A stretch of 64,000 bases of DNA from Syntrophorhabdaceae bacterium (GCA_963665295.1 OY762209.1:3360001-3424000); one strand, 5' to 3'; positions 9,415 to 20,380 are shown, numbered from the stretch's first letter. The notes: generated by a model not told the origin, from the letters alone. Numbers and translations: made by a program.

Positions 9415-11089
9415 GTCTCCATCCGGAAACCTAACCCCATGAAATATTTGCCCAAATCCCCACATTCCCCTGGAGTTTCGCCCCTCATCTGAGGTACAAT
9501 ATGGTTGTAACAAGGCAATATCATTACCTAACGCCTTCAGAAAGGATTCCGGAATGCGCCAGAAATTCAACCCCCAGACAGGTCTCTTCTCCCCCATGAT
9601 GCGCCATTCTATTGTAAAGGAGCTTCAGGAGATGTCAAAGGTCATAGACGCCAATCCCCGCCTTCTGGATCTGGTCTTCGGGGATATGACCTCCTTCTGT
9701 CGCACCGACACGGGAAGAGAGGGGCTCACCGCGGAACAGGTGCTCCGGATCGCCATACTCAAGCAGTACCGCCAACTGACGTATGAAGAGCTTGCCTTCC
9801 ACATGGAAGACTCCGACGCACTCCGCAGTTTCGCGAGATTGGAGATGGGACAGTACCCCTCCAAATCGGTCCTTCAGGAGAACATAAAGGCGATACGGGA
9901 AGAAACCTGGGAGGCGATCATTCAGGAAGTAAACCGCTACGCGGTAAAGGAGAAGATAGAATCCGGCCGCGTGGTAAGAGTAGACTCCACCACGGTGGAG
10001 ACCAACATCCACCACCCCACCGACTCATCGCTCATCGTGGACGGCATCCGCGTCATTACCCGGTTACTCACCGAAGGGAAGGAGCTTGCTCCCGTGCCCC
10101 GGTATGCCTACAGTGACCATAGGAGAGTAGCCAAGAAGAAGCTCATGACGATCCTCAATGCAAAGAACGACAGAACACGGAAGAGCGCCTACAAGGACCT
10201 CCTCCACTATGCGAATCTCGTGAAGGGATATGCCGAAGAGGCGATCACCGAACTCATCCCCTACGAGGGCGATAATCTCATGGACACCTTCGCTGCCCGC
10301 GAGCTTGCCCGGAGACTTGAACGCGCCGTGGGCATACTCGGGAAGGTCATCGACCAGACCGACCGGAGAGTCTTCAAGAACGAGAAGGTCCCCGCCTCCG
10401 AGAAGATCGTCTCTTTCTTCGAGGACCACACGGACATCATCGTGAAGGGGAGGAGGGATACCGAGTACGGCCATAAGGTGTTCCTTACAGGAGGACGCTC
10501 CACCATGATCATCGGGTGTCTCATCGTCCCGGGCAACCCCGCTGATACCGACCAGTATCAATCCCTCCTTGAGCAGCATAAGGAGTGGTACGGGAAGATG
10601 CCTCGCCAAGTGACGGCCGACGGGGGCTTTGCCTCAAAAGAGAACCTCGCCTATGCGAAGGAGAACCATATCAAGGATGCCGTCTTCGCCAGAAAGAGGG
10701 GGCTCTCCATCCTCGACATGGCAAAGAGCACCTGGGTCTACAAGAAGCTCAGGAACTTCCGGGCGGGCATTGAAGCAGGCATCTCCACATTGAAACGGTC
10801 CTTCGGCCTTGACCGGGCGACGTGGACAGGATGGGAAGGGTTTGCCCGGTACGTGCTCTCCAGTATCGTCTCCTACAATCTTCTCGTCATCGCCCGCATC
10901 AGGATGGCCTCATGATGAGAGAAGACTATTTTCTCAAGGGGACAAGGGTGAGCTACGCCCTGACTCTGGGGAAAACGGGCCCGATGGAGTGAAATCCGAA
11001 AAGGGATGACGGAATCACCGGACGGCTGAGCGCCCACCCTGGCAATAGACCGGGGGCTTGCTCGAAAATGGGGGTTTCCGGATGGAGAC
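9415..11089 (+). mobile_element. ISNCY-type (ISDol1-like) insertion sequence, copy 1, 1675 bp
   Basis: 17-bp perfect TIR GTCTCCATCCGGAAACC; 7-bp TSD TAGAATA (9408-9414 / 11090-11096). Confidence 0.88.
9554..10915 (+). CDS. DDE transposase (ISNCY/IS5-like)
   Basis: RVDSTTVETNIHHPTD, ADGGF, RAGIEAGISTLKR. Confidence 0.92.
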   Translation: MRQKFNPQTGLFSPMMRHSIVKELQEMSKVIDANPRLLDLVFGDMTSFCRTDTGREGLTAEQVLRIAILKQYRQLTYEELAFHMEDSDALRSFARLEMGQYPSKSVLQENIKAIREETWEAIIQEVNRYAVKEKIESGRVVRVDSTTVETNIHHPTDSSLIVDGIRVITRLLTEGKELAPVPRYAYSDHRRVAKKKLMTILNAKNDRTRKSAYKDLLHYANLVKGYAEEAITELIPYEGDNLMDTFAARELARRLERAVGILGKVIDQTDRRVFKNEKVPASEKIVSFFEDHTDIIVKGRRDTEYGHKVFLTGGRSTMIIGCLIVPGNPADTDQYQSLLEQHKEWYGKMPRQVTADGGFASKENLAYAKENHIKDAVFARKRGLSILDMAKSTWVYKKLRNFRAGIEAGISTLKRSFGLDRATWTGWEGFARYVLSSIVSYNLLVIARIRMAS

Positions 11090-11504
11090 TAGAATAAATG
11101 ATTTCTTGGGAGAATTGGCAAAAAATAACGTAAGGGCGTATAGTATTGCTCGTTCTACCTATAGAATAAACGACATAAAAGTATCAATTAGAACCACCAC
11201 TAAACTCAACCCGTATTGGTATGATATCAGCAAAAATGTTATGAGTGACGTAGAATATTTAATCTATCAAACTGATTCTCGATATCACTTTGTTCTTTTT
11301 CCCTCATCATTTTTTAGAACACGTTATGAAATGTTGCAGGATAGTAACCGACAACATGCTAAGATATTTTACATTGATTGGCCAAACAAAACATTCATAT
11401 CTAAACCACATTTTATTGAAAAGATACGAGAATATTGTTGTTCAACGTTACCAGAGAAAAATTACGGTAATTGGAAAGATGTCTTTCATTTGACTTAGGA
11501 TTCT

Positions 11505-12587
11505 CTAGTGTAGTGTCTCAGTAACGCCTTTACGGCGATTCACTTTTTCAAGTATCTCCTCGGCCTTCCTGGTCCATACGAAGGGTTTGGGGTCTTCGTT
11601 GTTGCAGCGAATATATTCTTCGATGGCGGTCACCAGTTCCTGAACGCTTTTGAAGATGCCGCGACGAATTCTCTTTCGTGTGATCTCCCCGAACCAGCGC
11701 TCCACCAGGTTAAGCCACGACGAGCTTGTGGGTGTAAAGTGGGGAACGAAACGGGGGTGTTTTTCGAGCCATGCTTTCACATTGGGGTGGGTATGAGTTC
11801 CGTAGTTGTCGAGAATCATATGGACATCGAGGCCCTTTGGCACCTGACGGTCTATGGTACGCAGGAACTTAAGAAATTCGGTATTTCTGTGGCGGGGATA
11901 GCAGGAGCCTATGACTTTTCCTTCCAGAACATTGAGGGCGGCAAAAAGACAGGTAGTGCCGTTCCTTTTGTAGTCGTGGGTCATCGTGCCGCAGCGCCCC
12001 TTCTTCATCGGTAATCCCGGCTGGGTCCGGTCCAGGGCCTGCACCTGGCTTTTCTCATCCACACAGAGTACCACCGCTTTGTCGGGAGGATTGAGATAGA
12101 CGCCCACCACATCGGTCAGTTTCTCCACGAACTTCTTGTCTCTGGACAGCTTGAAAGTTTCTACCCGATGGGGCTGTAGTCCATGGGCATCCCAGATGCG
12201 CTGCACGGTGGCATGGCTCACGCCCTTCTCCTTTGCCATGGTGCGGGTGGACCACTGAGTAGCATCTTTGGGAGTTGTATGGAGCGTGGCTTCCACGATG
12301 GTGCGCACTATCTCCGGGTTAAGGCGCCTTGAACTCGGCCCATGGGGTGCGTCCTCCGACAAACCGGAGGGGCCCTGTTCTCTGAAGCGGCCTACCCACA
12401 ATATCACCGTAGGGCGGGAGGTATTGAGCCTCTTCGCTATGGCGTTATGGGACATCCCTTCTGCCGCGAGCAGGCAGATGCGGGAGCGTAGAACCACCCT
12501 TTGGGGAGTCTTCTTTGCTTTGACCCATGTTTCCAATGTCTTTCTCTGCTCTTCCGTCATGTCTAGCGTACTGGCTGGATTCCACAT
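11505..12587 (-). CDS. IS630 transposase
   Basis: VDEKSQVQALDR, HDYKRNGTT, ILDNYGTH, SSWLNLVERWF; TAG stop is formed by the target site. Confidence 0.95.
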   Translation of the reverse strand: MWNPASTLDMTEEQRKTLETWVKAKKTPQRVVLRSRICLLAAEGMSHNAIAKRLNTSRPTVILWVGRFREQGPSGLSEDAPHGPSSRRLNPEIVRTIVEATLHTTPKDATQWSTRTMAKEKGVSHATVQRIWDAHGLQPHRVETFKLSRDKKFVEKLTDVVGVYLNPPDKAVVLCVDEKSQVQALDRTQPGLPMKKGRCGTMTHDYKRNGTTCLFAALNVLEGKVIGSCYPRHRNTEFLKFLRTIDRQVPKGLDVHMILDNYGTHTHPNVKAWLEKHPRFVPHFTPTSSSWLNLVERWFGEITRKRIRRGIFKSVQELVTAIEEYIRCNNEDPKPFVWTRKAEEILEKVNRRKGVTETLH

Positions 12588-12642
12588 GCACTATGATAGC
12601 ATAGCCAAGGGTAATTGGAAAGCTATTAGTGAGACAGTACAC
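11508..12642 (-). mobile_element. IS630-family insertion sequence
   Basis: Imperfect TIRs GTGTAGTGTCTCAGTAA / TTAGTGAGACAGTACAC; TA duplication inside a CTAG target. Confidence 0.92.
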
Positions 12643-12795
12643 TAGGGAAGTAGTCTTTCAGGGCTGAAAATGGGCTGAGAAAACGGTTAGGAGAGGGGAT
12701 TTATAGAGAAGATGTTCCTTTACTATCCTATGCAATTATTTAACAATGCTGCTGAGTTAGCGTAACAGTGGGATATCACAAAAAGACATTTTAGC

Positions 12796-12839
12796 ACTTC
12801 TAATCCGTAGGTTCCGCGTTCGAGTCGCGGCAGGCGCGC
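12796..12839 (+). repeat. att core copy 2 (displaced tRNA-Arg 3' fragment)
   Basis: ACTTCTAATCCGTAGGTTCCGCGTTCGAGTCGCGGCAGGCGCGC identical to 8651-8694. Confidence 0.95.
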
Positions 12840-13336
12840 TTAATCATTCCGAAATAAATCAGAGAGTCAATTCTGGGGAAGATTTGCCACCCCATCGGCC
12901 GTTAAAGTTCGTAATCTGAAGGAGCAAGATCGGTTGGAATTATCAAGGCAGGTTTCAGCTTCATTACGCGATTATATAGACGATGACGGCTTGGCCGCAC
13001 CTATGGAGTGCCACATAGTGACGGCGAATAAGCGAACACTCTGCATGATGACGCTGTCGCGGTGGATCGAAAGAGACTGCAGGTGTTTCCGGGCCTTCTG
13101 AGGGGGTAATTCTTGATTCACTGCAAGGGTTGTAGTGAGGATATTAATAGGTGAACTCAGTAACCGGGCTCTTCACCCGCTTCCTGAAGAACCTCGGCAT
13201 GTGGTGAATATCTTTTGTGAAATAGACGAGTTTGGATCACTATTATTGCCTTGTGGAAAGGGTTGTGGAGGAATATAATGTAAGGAAAGAGGGGTCACAC
13301 CATATTCTCATCCGATTACAATTCAGGAGGTTTGTC

Positions 13337-15202
13337 ATGGGTACTGTCGGAAAACGCCCCATCATAAGTGTTGACAATCCGGAACAACTAACGGAAAGCA
13401 TCCGCATTTCCTTGAGTCTCCCGTTCATGTCGAAAAAGAATTGCGTTTATGTGTCGGCATTCATACTTTTCTGTCTCGCCTTCCTCATTCCTGTCAATGT
13501 TCATGCCCAAGTGGACTATTGGGCTCCGTGGGTCACGAGTGTCACGACAACATCCGCCACGATCAACTGGCATGGGGCAGACGCTGCCTCGGGGTCGGTA
13601 GGGTACGCTACCTCGGCATATTATGACGAACATCATAGCTTTCAACACACCATAACCTCCACGACTACAGGAGCCTATCAGCATATCGCGCTTACGGGTC
13701 TTGATCCGAATACCTCCTACGTGTACCAAGTGGCGCCTTCGGACAATCCAAGCCGGTTCAGCAACCGTACATTCAAAACCATGCCGGTGAGTGGTCCCTT
13801 CACTTTTATCGTATTAAGCGATAGCCACGCCCAGGAAAAACGGTTCAAGCCTGTGGCCGATGCCATTGCCGCAAACGAGACCGATGTGCTCTTTGTCCTC
13901 GCCGGTGGGGACTATACGAGTTTCGATTATGAGCCTTACTGGAGCATCTTTTTCCAGTATGCCGATGGAATGCTCGGGAAGTTTCCCATTTTTCACGCCA
14001 TAGGGAACCACGAATATCATAACCACGGGCATTCGAGCGGCCCTCCTACCGACGCCGACCAGTACCATCAGACATTTGACGTGACAACAACAGGCGCCTT
14101 GAACTACTCCTTTGACTGTGCCGATATCCGGTTCGTTGTCCTTAACTCCCCGGATCCGAACAATGCGAAAGGAGACGATCCCCAACCTTCGCCGGCCCTT
14201 ACCAAGAGCCAGGTACCCTGGCTCACGGCTCAGTTGAACAACAAGATGGCCGGAACATTCACCATACATCACCATCCCATCTGGAATTACGGCAAGACCG
14301 GGACCAATTCCGCCCTTCAGCCGTGGGAAACCCTGTACCATAAGTACCCTATCAGCGCAAATTTTGCCGGCCACGTCCATAGCTACCAGAGGTATATCGT
14401 GAAGGGCATCCCCTATTTCATCGTCGCCACAGCAGGAGGCAAATTTGTCAATCTGAATCCGGGCGACCCCACTGCACAATGGTACCAGTACGGGGAAACA
14501 AGGCAACTCGGGTACCTCAAGGTAACGGTGGATCCTGAACATAACAGAGCCGCGGCACAGGAGATTTTCGTTGCCTATGTAGAAACGAATGACTCCGAGG
14601 ACCCTATAGTCTACAAAACGCCGATTGTCGCCGATACCCTGATCTTCCCCCTCAAGGCACTACCCGCCAATAAGACCCTCCTCACCGTCTCCAGATCCGG
14701 CCTCGGCACCGGTAGTGTCACCTCATCAGACTCTCACATAAATTGCGGTTCCACCTGTGAGGCGACGTACACCAAAACCGCGCACATCTCCTTCACGGCC
14801 ACCGCCGATGAGGGCTCCGTCTTCAGTGGATGGACCGGCGCCTGCAAAGGCCGGACGAAGTGCTCGATTACGATAAATCCCAAGACTGACGTGACTAACG
14901 TAGGGGCCATCTTCGAAAAAGCCTCTTGCGCCTATTACCTCGCGCCGAACAAGAAGACTTTCACATACAAGGGAGGGTACGTGTCCGTAAAAGTAACGGC
15001 GAAGGGCCACGGCATCACGGATTGTCCGGAGCCCACGATAAACAAGGATGCGGATTGGATCACTTTTGTGCCGGGTTCTTTTTCAAAAAACAAGGGCACC
15101 GTCGTGGTCACCGTGCAGCCCTATAGTGGGACCGCAGTGCAAGAGGGTACATTGGACATAGGAGGAACGGATTTTGACGTGACTCAGAAGGCGAAGCCGT
15201 AA
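13337..15202 (+). CDS. Exported purple-acid-phosphatase-like metallophosphoesterase (FN3-like + calcineurin-like + InlB B-repeat-like/BACON-like tail)
   Basis: SDSH, GGDY, GNHE, GHVH motifs; N-terminal hydrophobic segment; GSVFSGWTGAC repeat; AGGAGG RBS before ATG 13337. Confidence 0.8.
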   Translation: MGTVGKRPIISVDNPEQLTESIRISLSLPFMSKKNCVYVSAFILFCLAFLIPVNVHAQVDYWAPWVTSVTTTSATINWHGADAASGSVGYATSAYYDEHHSFQHTITSTTTGAYQHIALTGLDPNTSYVYQVAPSDNPSRFSNRTFKTMPVSGPFTFIVLSDSHAQEKRFKPVADAIAANETDVLFVLAGGDYTSFDYEPYWSIFFQYADGMLGKFPIFHAIGNHEYHNHGHSSGPPTDADQYHQTFDVTTTGALNYSFDCADIRFVVLNSPDPNNAKGDDPQPSPALTKSQVPWLTAQLNNKMAGTFTIHHHPIWNYGKTGTNSALQPWETLYHKYPISANFAGHVHSYQRYIVKGIPYFIVATAGGKFVNLNPGDPTAQWYQYGETRQLGYLKVTVDPEHNRAAAQEIFVAYVETNDSEDPIVYKTPIVADTLIFPLKALPANKTLLTVSRSGLGTGSVTSSDSHINCGSTCEATYTKTAHISFTATADEGSVFSGWTGACKGRTKCSITINPKTDVTNVGAIFEKASCAYYLAPNKKTFTYKGGYVSVKVTAKGHGITDCPEPTINKDADWITFVPGSFSKNKGTVVVTVQPYSGTAVQEGTLDIGGTDFDVTQKAKP

Positions 15203-15377
15203 GTGGAAAGCGTCGGACACTTTGTGGCGGATGATGGGAGTTCGAGATTATTGTAAAGGCGTTATTGAGACGCTACACCAGCATATTCTCGGAGTGATGC
15301 ACCGCCCCTTCTCTGCGGGTACATTTGACTGGATGGACAAAGGCGGCAGCCTTCAGTAGTATCCACAGACCAAGTGC

Positions 15378-15475
15378 GGGTGACCTCCGAAATCTCATCT
15401 TCCCCTGAGACTAATAGGGGTCACCCTGAAGGAAACGTAGACTACCCCTACGGTAGGCGACAACAAAAGCTGACC
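15378..15475 (+). ncRNA. Candidate structured leader RNA (unassigned)
   Basis: 10-bp stem 15378-15387/15417-15426 enclosing CGAAA/CTAATA internal loop and TCTCA/TGAGA hairpin, then CGTAG/CTACG hairpin. Confidence 0.35.
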
Positions 15476-15740
15476 ACGACGCGCCTGCAGACAATGCCCC
15501 GGTTATTTGCCAATATATGTCCTCTTTTGTGTCGTATATGTCTCGTCTCAAGGAATTTAATCCGGGAAGAGCCCTTGACTTAAATTTTTCACGGAATATT
15601 CGATAAAAGGGGAGGAGAGACAAGAGCACATTGCCGGGAGGTCGGGGGAGTCAAGCTCCCAGAGGAGAAGCTTGAACTTCTACTTACGTTTCTTGTATGC
15701 CTCTGTCGCCCATGTAAACGTTGTTCTAAGGAGGATTGAA

Positions 15741-18230
15741 ATGTTACGAAACACTGAAGGTACAAAGGAGACAAGTGCGGTACACGAAGGTCTTGCCACG
15801 CACCAAGGCGACCCGGTTCATCGGAACGGCGACATCAGGCGAAGAGTGCTCGCACCGCTCTTCTTCCTCTTTCTCTTTATCGCAGCCCTGCCGCTCGAAG
15901 GGTATCCGGCAGGACCCACCTATCCGATCTCCACGCCCGTCGTGACGACACGGGTTCGCACGGTAAGTCCCCTCGCCATACCAAATGCGCCTGACCTTGC
16001 CATTGGGGAGGTCGACCAGTACGCCGCATACGGGTACAGCAGTTACAACTTCGGGGGCGGCGTCGATTACGGCATACAGGCACCGGATGGACCCTACGTG
16101 GGCTCATATAATCCGGTCGAGACGCTCCTGACTTACTTCACTATGAGCGACATCCATATCACCGACAAAGAATCCCCGGCCCAGGCCCTCTACGCGGGAT
16201 ACGTGCTCGGAACTTTTGGAAAAACCCAGATCCCCGCTTACTCTCCTGTCATTTTGTCTACGACCCACGTCCTTGACGCGGCTGTCCAAACGATCAACGC
16301 CCTTCACGAGCAGGCCCCTTTTGATTTCGGCATGTCCCTGGGCGATCATGCAAACAGCACCCAGTATAACGAAGTCAGGTGGTTTATCGACGTCATGGAC
16401 GGAAAGAGGATCACCCCCAGTACGGGAGCGCACAGAGGGGCGGGCTCCATCGACTACCAGAAGCCCTACCAGTCGGCGGGACTCAATAAGTCCATCCCCT
16501 GGTACGCGGTCGTGGGTAACCATGACCAGTTCTGGTGTGGCTCCCTCTTCGCCAACAACTATGTGCGAGAAGTCATTGTCGGCAGGAACGTCCTCAATAT
16601 GGGCTACGACGCCAGCGGGAGCCCCTCGTTCGCGTACCGTGGCAACTACATGGGCGTAGTTGACGGCACGACGCCGTATGGAACCGTCATAGACTATGGA
16701 CCGCTTTACAGTCCCATGACTCCACCGGTCGTAGCCGCCGACCCGAACCGCCGCAGCCTCACCACGACGACATCCACAACTTTGAACTGGATGAAAGAGT
16801 TTTTCAATACCACGTCAAAGCCGAAGGGTCACGGGTTCAGCCAAGCGAACCTCGACAACGACTTCGCCTGTTACACCTTCGAGCCCAAGTCGAACGTGCC
16901 GGTGAAGATCATCGTGCTTGACGACACGTGCAAGGAGAATCCTATTGGAAGCGCAGGAGGTCATGCTACATACGCGAGAGGCTGTCTGGACCAGCCACGG
17001 TATGCCTGGCTTGTCGATGAACTTGAGCGTGGTCAGGCCGAGGGTAAGCTTATGATCGTTGCCGCCCATGTCCCGGTAGGGCCTCAGATGAACGTTCCCG
17101 ACGCTATTCCAACGCCTAATCCGGTTCCCCCTCCAACGGATATACCCTACACGACGCCTGTTGCAGTCTTCGTTTCCACCTGCAACGACGGCTCAACGCC
17201 CATCGGTACGCCTTGCAACAATGGCATCGGAATTGACAACAATAATCCGGTCCCCCCCTATAGTATAGTCACCGACAGTTCTCTCCTTCAGACCCTCCAC
17301 AAATTCTCGAACCTGATTTTATGGATGTCGGGGCATCGTCACATGAACACCGTCACTCCCCAGCCCGCGCCCGACGGTCAGGGTCCGGAATTCGGCTTCT
17401 GGGAGGTGGAAACCGCGTCGCTTCGGGATCACCCCCAGACGTTTCGAACCTTTCAAATCCTTCGCAACGACAACAATACGGTATCAATATTCGTCACCTC
17501 TGTCGATCCCTCGGTCCAGGGCACGGGGTCTCCCGCTGAAAAATCCCGGGGATATTCAATTGGCGCTGCAAGGGTCTCAAATGGAACACCGGGCCTCACC
17601 AATACCGCTCCTCTTGTGTACAATGCGGAACTCATCAAACCTCTTGCCGCTCCGTATACGCTGACGGTCAACGTGACAGGACCGGGCACTGTACACACGG
17701 GTCCCTATCAAACTGCCACATGCAGCGCTTCAACCCCGTGCTCCGCAAAATATCTTCCGGGCACGGCAGTGAACCTTACGGCCGTTCCTAATCCGGGGGC
17801 CGTCTTCGCAGGATGGTCGAACTGCTCGGGCACATCCGCCTGCAATATGACTATGAGCGATGATATGACCGTGACCGCAACCTTTACCAGCGTAGCTACC
17901 CTGGCCGTCACCCCGACCTTCAAGAGCTTTGGTACCGTGAAGGCCGGCAAGAAGGCGACTGCAACCTTTACGGTCAAGAATACCGCTGTGAAGGGCGCCG
18001 GAAGCCGCACGATCGGAACCGTTTCAATCGGCGGGGCCGACGCGAGCCAGTATCAGATCGTCGCGGGCAAGGACCGCTGTTCCGGACAGACCGTTGGATC
18101 AGGCAAGACCTGCACCGTTCAGGTTTCTTTTAATCCCACTTTAACGAACACCAGGGTGGCAACGATTGCTCTCCCCTCAAATGACCCCGCGACGCCGATG
18201 AATATACCAATCACCGGTGTGGGAAAATAG
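15741..18230 (+). CDS. TIGR03768-family metallophosphoesterase with InlB B-repeat-like and choice-of-anchor D/Ig-like C-terminus
   Basis: MSDIHITDKESPAQ, LGDHANSTQYNE, GNHDQF, SGHRH, FWEVETASLRD; AAGGAGG RBS before ATG 15741. Confidence 0.8.
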   Translation: MLRNTEGTKETSAVHEGLATHQGDPVHRNGDIRRRVLAPLFFLFLFIAALPLEGYPAGPTYPISTPVVTTRVRTVSPLAIPNAPDLAIGEVDQYAAYGYSSYNFGGGVDYGIQAPDGPYVGSYNPVETLLTYFTMSDIHITDKESPAQALYAGYVLGTFGKTQIPAYSPVILSTTHVLDAAVQTINALHEQAPFDFGMSLGDHANSTQYNEVRWFIDVMDGKRITPSTGAHRGAGSIDYQKPYQSAGLNKSIPWYAVVGNHDQFWCGSLFANNYVREVIVGRNVLNMGYDASGSPSFAYRGNYMGVVDGTTPYGTVIDYGPLYSPMTPPVVAADPNRRSLTTTTSTTLNWMKEFFNTTSKPKGHGFSQANLDNDFACYTFEPKSNVPVKIIVLDDTCKENPIGSAGGHATYARGCLDQPRYAWLVDELERGQAEGKLMIVAAHVPVGPQMNVPDAIPTPNPVPPPTDIPYTTPVAVFVSTCNDGSTPIGTPCNNGIGIDNNNPVPPYSIVTDSSLLQTLHKFSNLILWMSGHRHMNTVTPQPAPDGQGPEFGFWEVETASLRDHPQTFRTFQILRNDNNTVSIFVTSVDPSVQGTGSPAEKSRGYSIGAARVSNGTPGLTNTAPLVYNAELIKPLAAPYTLTVNVTGPGTVHTGPYQTATCSASTPCSAKYLPGTAVNLTAVPNPGAVFAGWSNCSGTSACNMTMSDDMTVTATFTSVATLAVTPTFKSFGTVKAGKKATATFTVKNTAVKGAGSRTIGTVSIGGADASQYQIVAGKDRCSGQTVGSGKTCTVQVSFNPTLTNTRVATIALPSNDPATPMNIPITGVGK

Positions 18231-18265
18231 TAGTACTCCCGATAAAGAATTGAATCAAACCTTGG

Positions 18266-18292
18266 AGTCCCCCGACTTAAAGTCGGGGGACT
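18266..18292. terminator. Hairpin between convergent genes
   Basis: AGTCCCCCGACT-taa-AGTCGGGGGACT. Confidence 0.65.
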
Positions 18293-18368
18293 TACCCTAT
18301 GGGGTAACGGCTGCTTCCGGGGCGTTACCTTGTGCCCTGCCGCCGCGCGTTCCTGACCTTTTGCCTGA

Positions 18369-20380
18369 CTACCTTGTCCCCCTTGGGCCCCCGACGCCGG
18401 CGGAGGAAGGTATGCGAGGGCGGCTCCCGGGTTTTGCTGCCAACAGGTAGCCTTTGTAGCCGGTTATCAGGAAGTCGCGCTCGGCCAAGGATTTTGCGAG
18501 ACAGTCGGCATCGCGATGGTCTGCCCGAAAGGCAACTGCGGCGATGCGGCGCCTGTCGATGGCCTCCATGGCCTTCGTCGCAGTCAAGGCGCCCGGCTTA
18601 GCCCCTATATAGTTAAGAAGACCTTCCCGTTCCGCCAGTTCCCGATCCGGGATTGAGCCTTTTAACTTCGAGAGGTATAATCCGCGAACGCCGATCAGGG
18701 GCGGAGCATTGGCGAAGCCGGCCAGATCGACGGCTATGTCTTCGGGCGCAAGGACGAGATGGTTACCTGGAGCCAGTGCCATGAGGCGCTCGGCTACCGC
18801 ATAACCGGGAGACACCTTGAATCTGCCGATATTTGCCCACGACCAATTACCCTGGGACACAGCGGTCGGCCAGGCAAAGGCAAATACCATGACGGCGAGG
18901 CCCACCAGGAATGCCCTCAGCCGGGGCAGCGGGGGCCACCCGCTGACGGCAGCGCCCACCGTCAGGCCGAGTAGCAGAGGGACCGGCCAACTCCAATAGA
19001 TACGCCAGCCGAACACCGGCGCGAGGGCCGAGCCAAACAGCTTCGGCACCACGGGACACAGGAGGACTGTCGATGACAGTAAAACGTAACCGCAAAGCCA
19101 TCTCAACTCCCTGAGTCGCGCCACCTTCGCCAACGCGGGCAGCAAAAGCAGGGCGAGGAGGACAATACTTTTCCGGCGAAATCCGAGAACCACGTCATAG
19201 CCCATGAGAGCAGGGTCGACCCGTTCCGCTCCATGATATTGATGCACCAGATGCAACATGACTATCGCTACCGGAACGAGCGGAAGGCTGGCCGCCAAAC
19301 CCGCTATGGCTGTACGCCAGTAAAGTCGGGAAAACCGCGCCGAGGATAGCAGGACGAAGGCCGAGGCCAGGGTGCGACTACCATTCCGTTGGTTGTGAAA
19401 CCGGTAGCGGCGGACTGGAGGAGCGCCAGCAACACCCAGTTTCTCAATGTCGGCGTGTTGAGGTATTCGAGAGCGGCGCGAACCACAAGGGGAAGAACAA
19501 CTGTCAGATAGATGCATTTGCCTTGGAAGAGCTTGACGAACGCGGTGTTGCCGTAAGTGCGGTGCCCGTCTCCCCACGTGGTGAGGATCAGCGTCAACGC
19601 AGCCAACCCGGCGAGTGCGTAAAGGCGGGGCAGGAAACGGCGCAACAGACTCCAATACGCCAGGATGCCGGTCGGCGCCCACAGTGCGGGCAGAACGACA
19701 TAATAAAGGACCCGCACCGGAACACCGGTAAAAGATGACAAGACCGCCACGAAATACTCATAAGTCTGGGCAAAGTGAAGATGCTGTTCCACAAGGGGCA
19801 GCTCGCTTCTGTACAGGTTGTCGAAGCCGTAGAGCGGCGCCCCCGGGTTGTCGATCGCGGAGGCCGCAAGACTGACAAAAAAGGCGTCATCGGCGTCAGG
19901 ACAGTTTGTCCCCATGGTGAGGAGCATGGCAATTCCCGAGAGACATGCCAGGATGATCAACTCCCGGGTGGTGACTCTTGGGTCCTGCACAGGTTCGGGT
20001 AATATGGCGGCGGGAGAAAATACAAAACATGCGCCGGCCAGATAGGCGACCGAACATATCCAGAAGAACCACTCCGATCCGGTAATCCGGTAGACCCTTG
20101 CTATGACGAAGGACGCGACAAACCAGTACCATTAGGGAACGCGAAGGTTCGCGCTACTTCTTGACTCTCCGGTTCGAGAGACATCGACCTCTGTTTCACC
20201 CTTGCCGGTCCAGTAAATCAGCAAAATCAGCGCCGCAAGCACGGGAAAGGCGGACCCGGCCTTCAGGGTGGCAAAACTTGCACGAAAGATGGCGCAGGAC
20301 TGACAGTACAAGGACCACGCGCCGAACACCGCAATTCCTACGGTCAACCATCTCCCGATCGACCGATAATGCATGTTCAT
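18369..20380 (-). pseudogene. Polytopic membrane protein (DUF6077-like, possible GT-C), disrupted
   Basis: In-frame TAA at 20132-20134 (frame continues WYWFVASF...DADDAFFV) and a 1-nt frameshift near 19370 (VVAP|LASAFVLL). Confidence 0.7.

Larger units (their letters stand above)
9382..11498 (+). pseudogene. ~144-aa hypothetical protein interrupted by ISNCY after codon 11
   Basis: AGGAGG RBS, ATG 9382 MPYNPESIARI joins in frame to NDFLGELAKNN... once the IS and one TSD copy are removed. Confidence 0.8.
8695..12839. mobile_element. tRNA-Arg-integrated islet without integrase, carrying two IS
   Basis: Bounded by the 44-bp tRNA 3' direct repeat; AT-rich cargo; paired GGCTGAAA-like repeats near both ends. 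Confidence 0.85.

Noticed and set aside
12796..12839. Second tRNA-Arg gene
   Set aside because: Only the 3' half; no 5' acceptor strand or D arm
13139..13213. Possible structured leader before the first phosphoesterase (GGTGAA/TTCACC, GATATT/AATATC)
   Set aside because: Stems short enough to be chance; only faint resemblance to the 15378 element
20132..20134. Recoded stop (Sec/Pyl) in the membrane gene
   Set aside because: Stop is TAA and a second frameshift lesion exists
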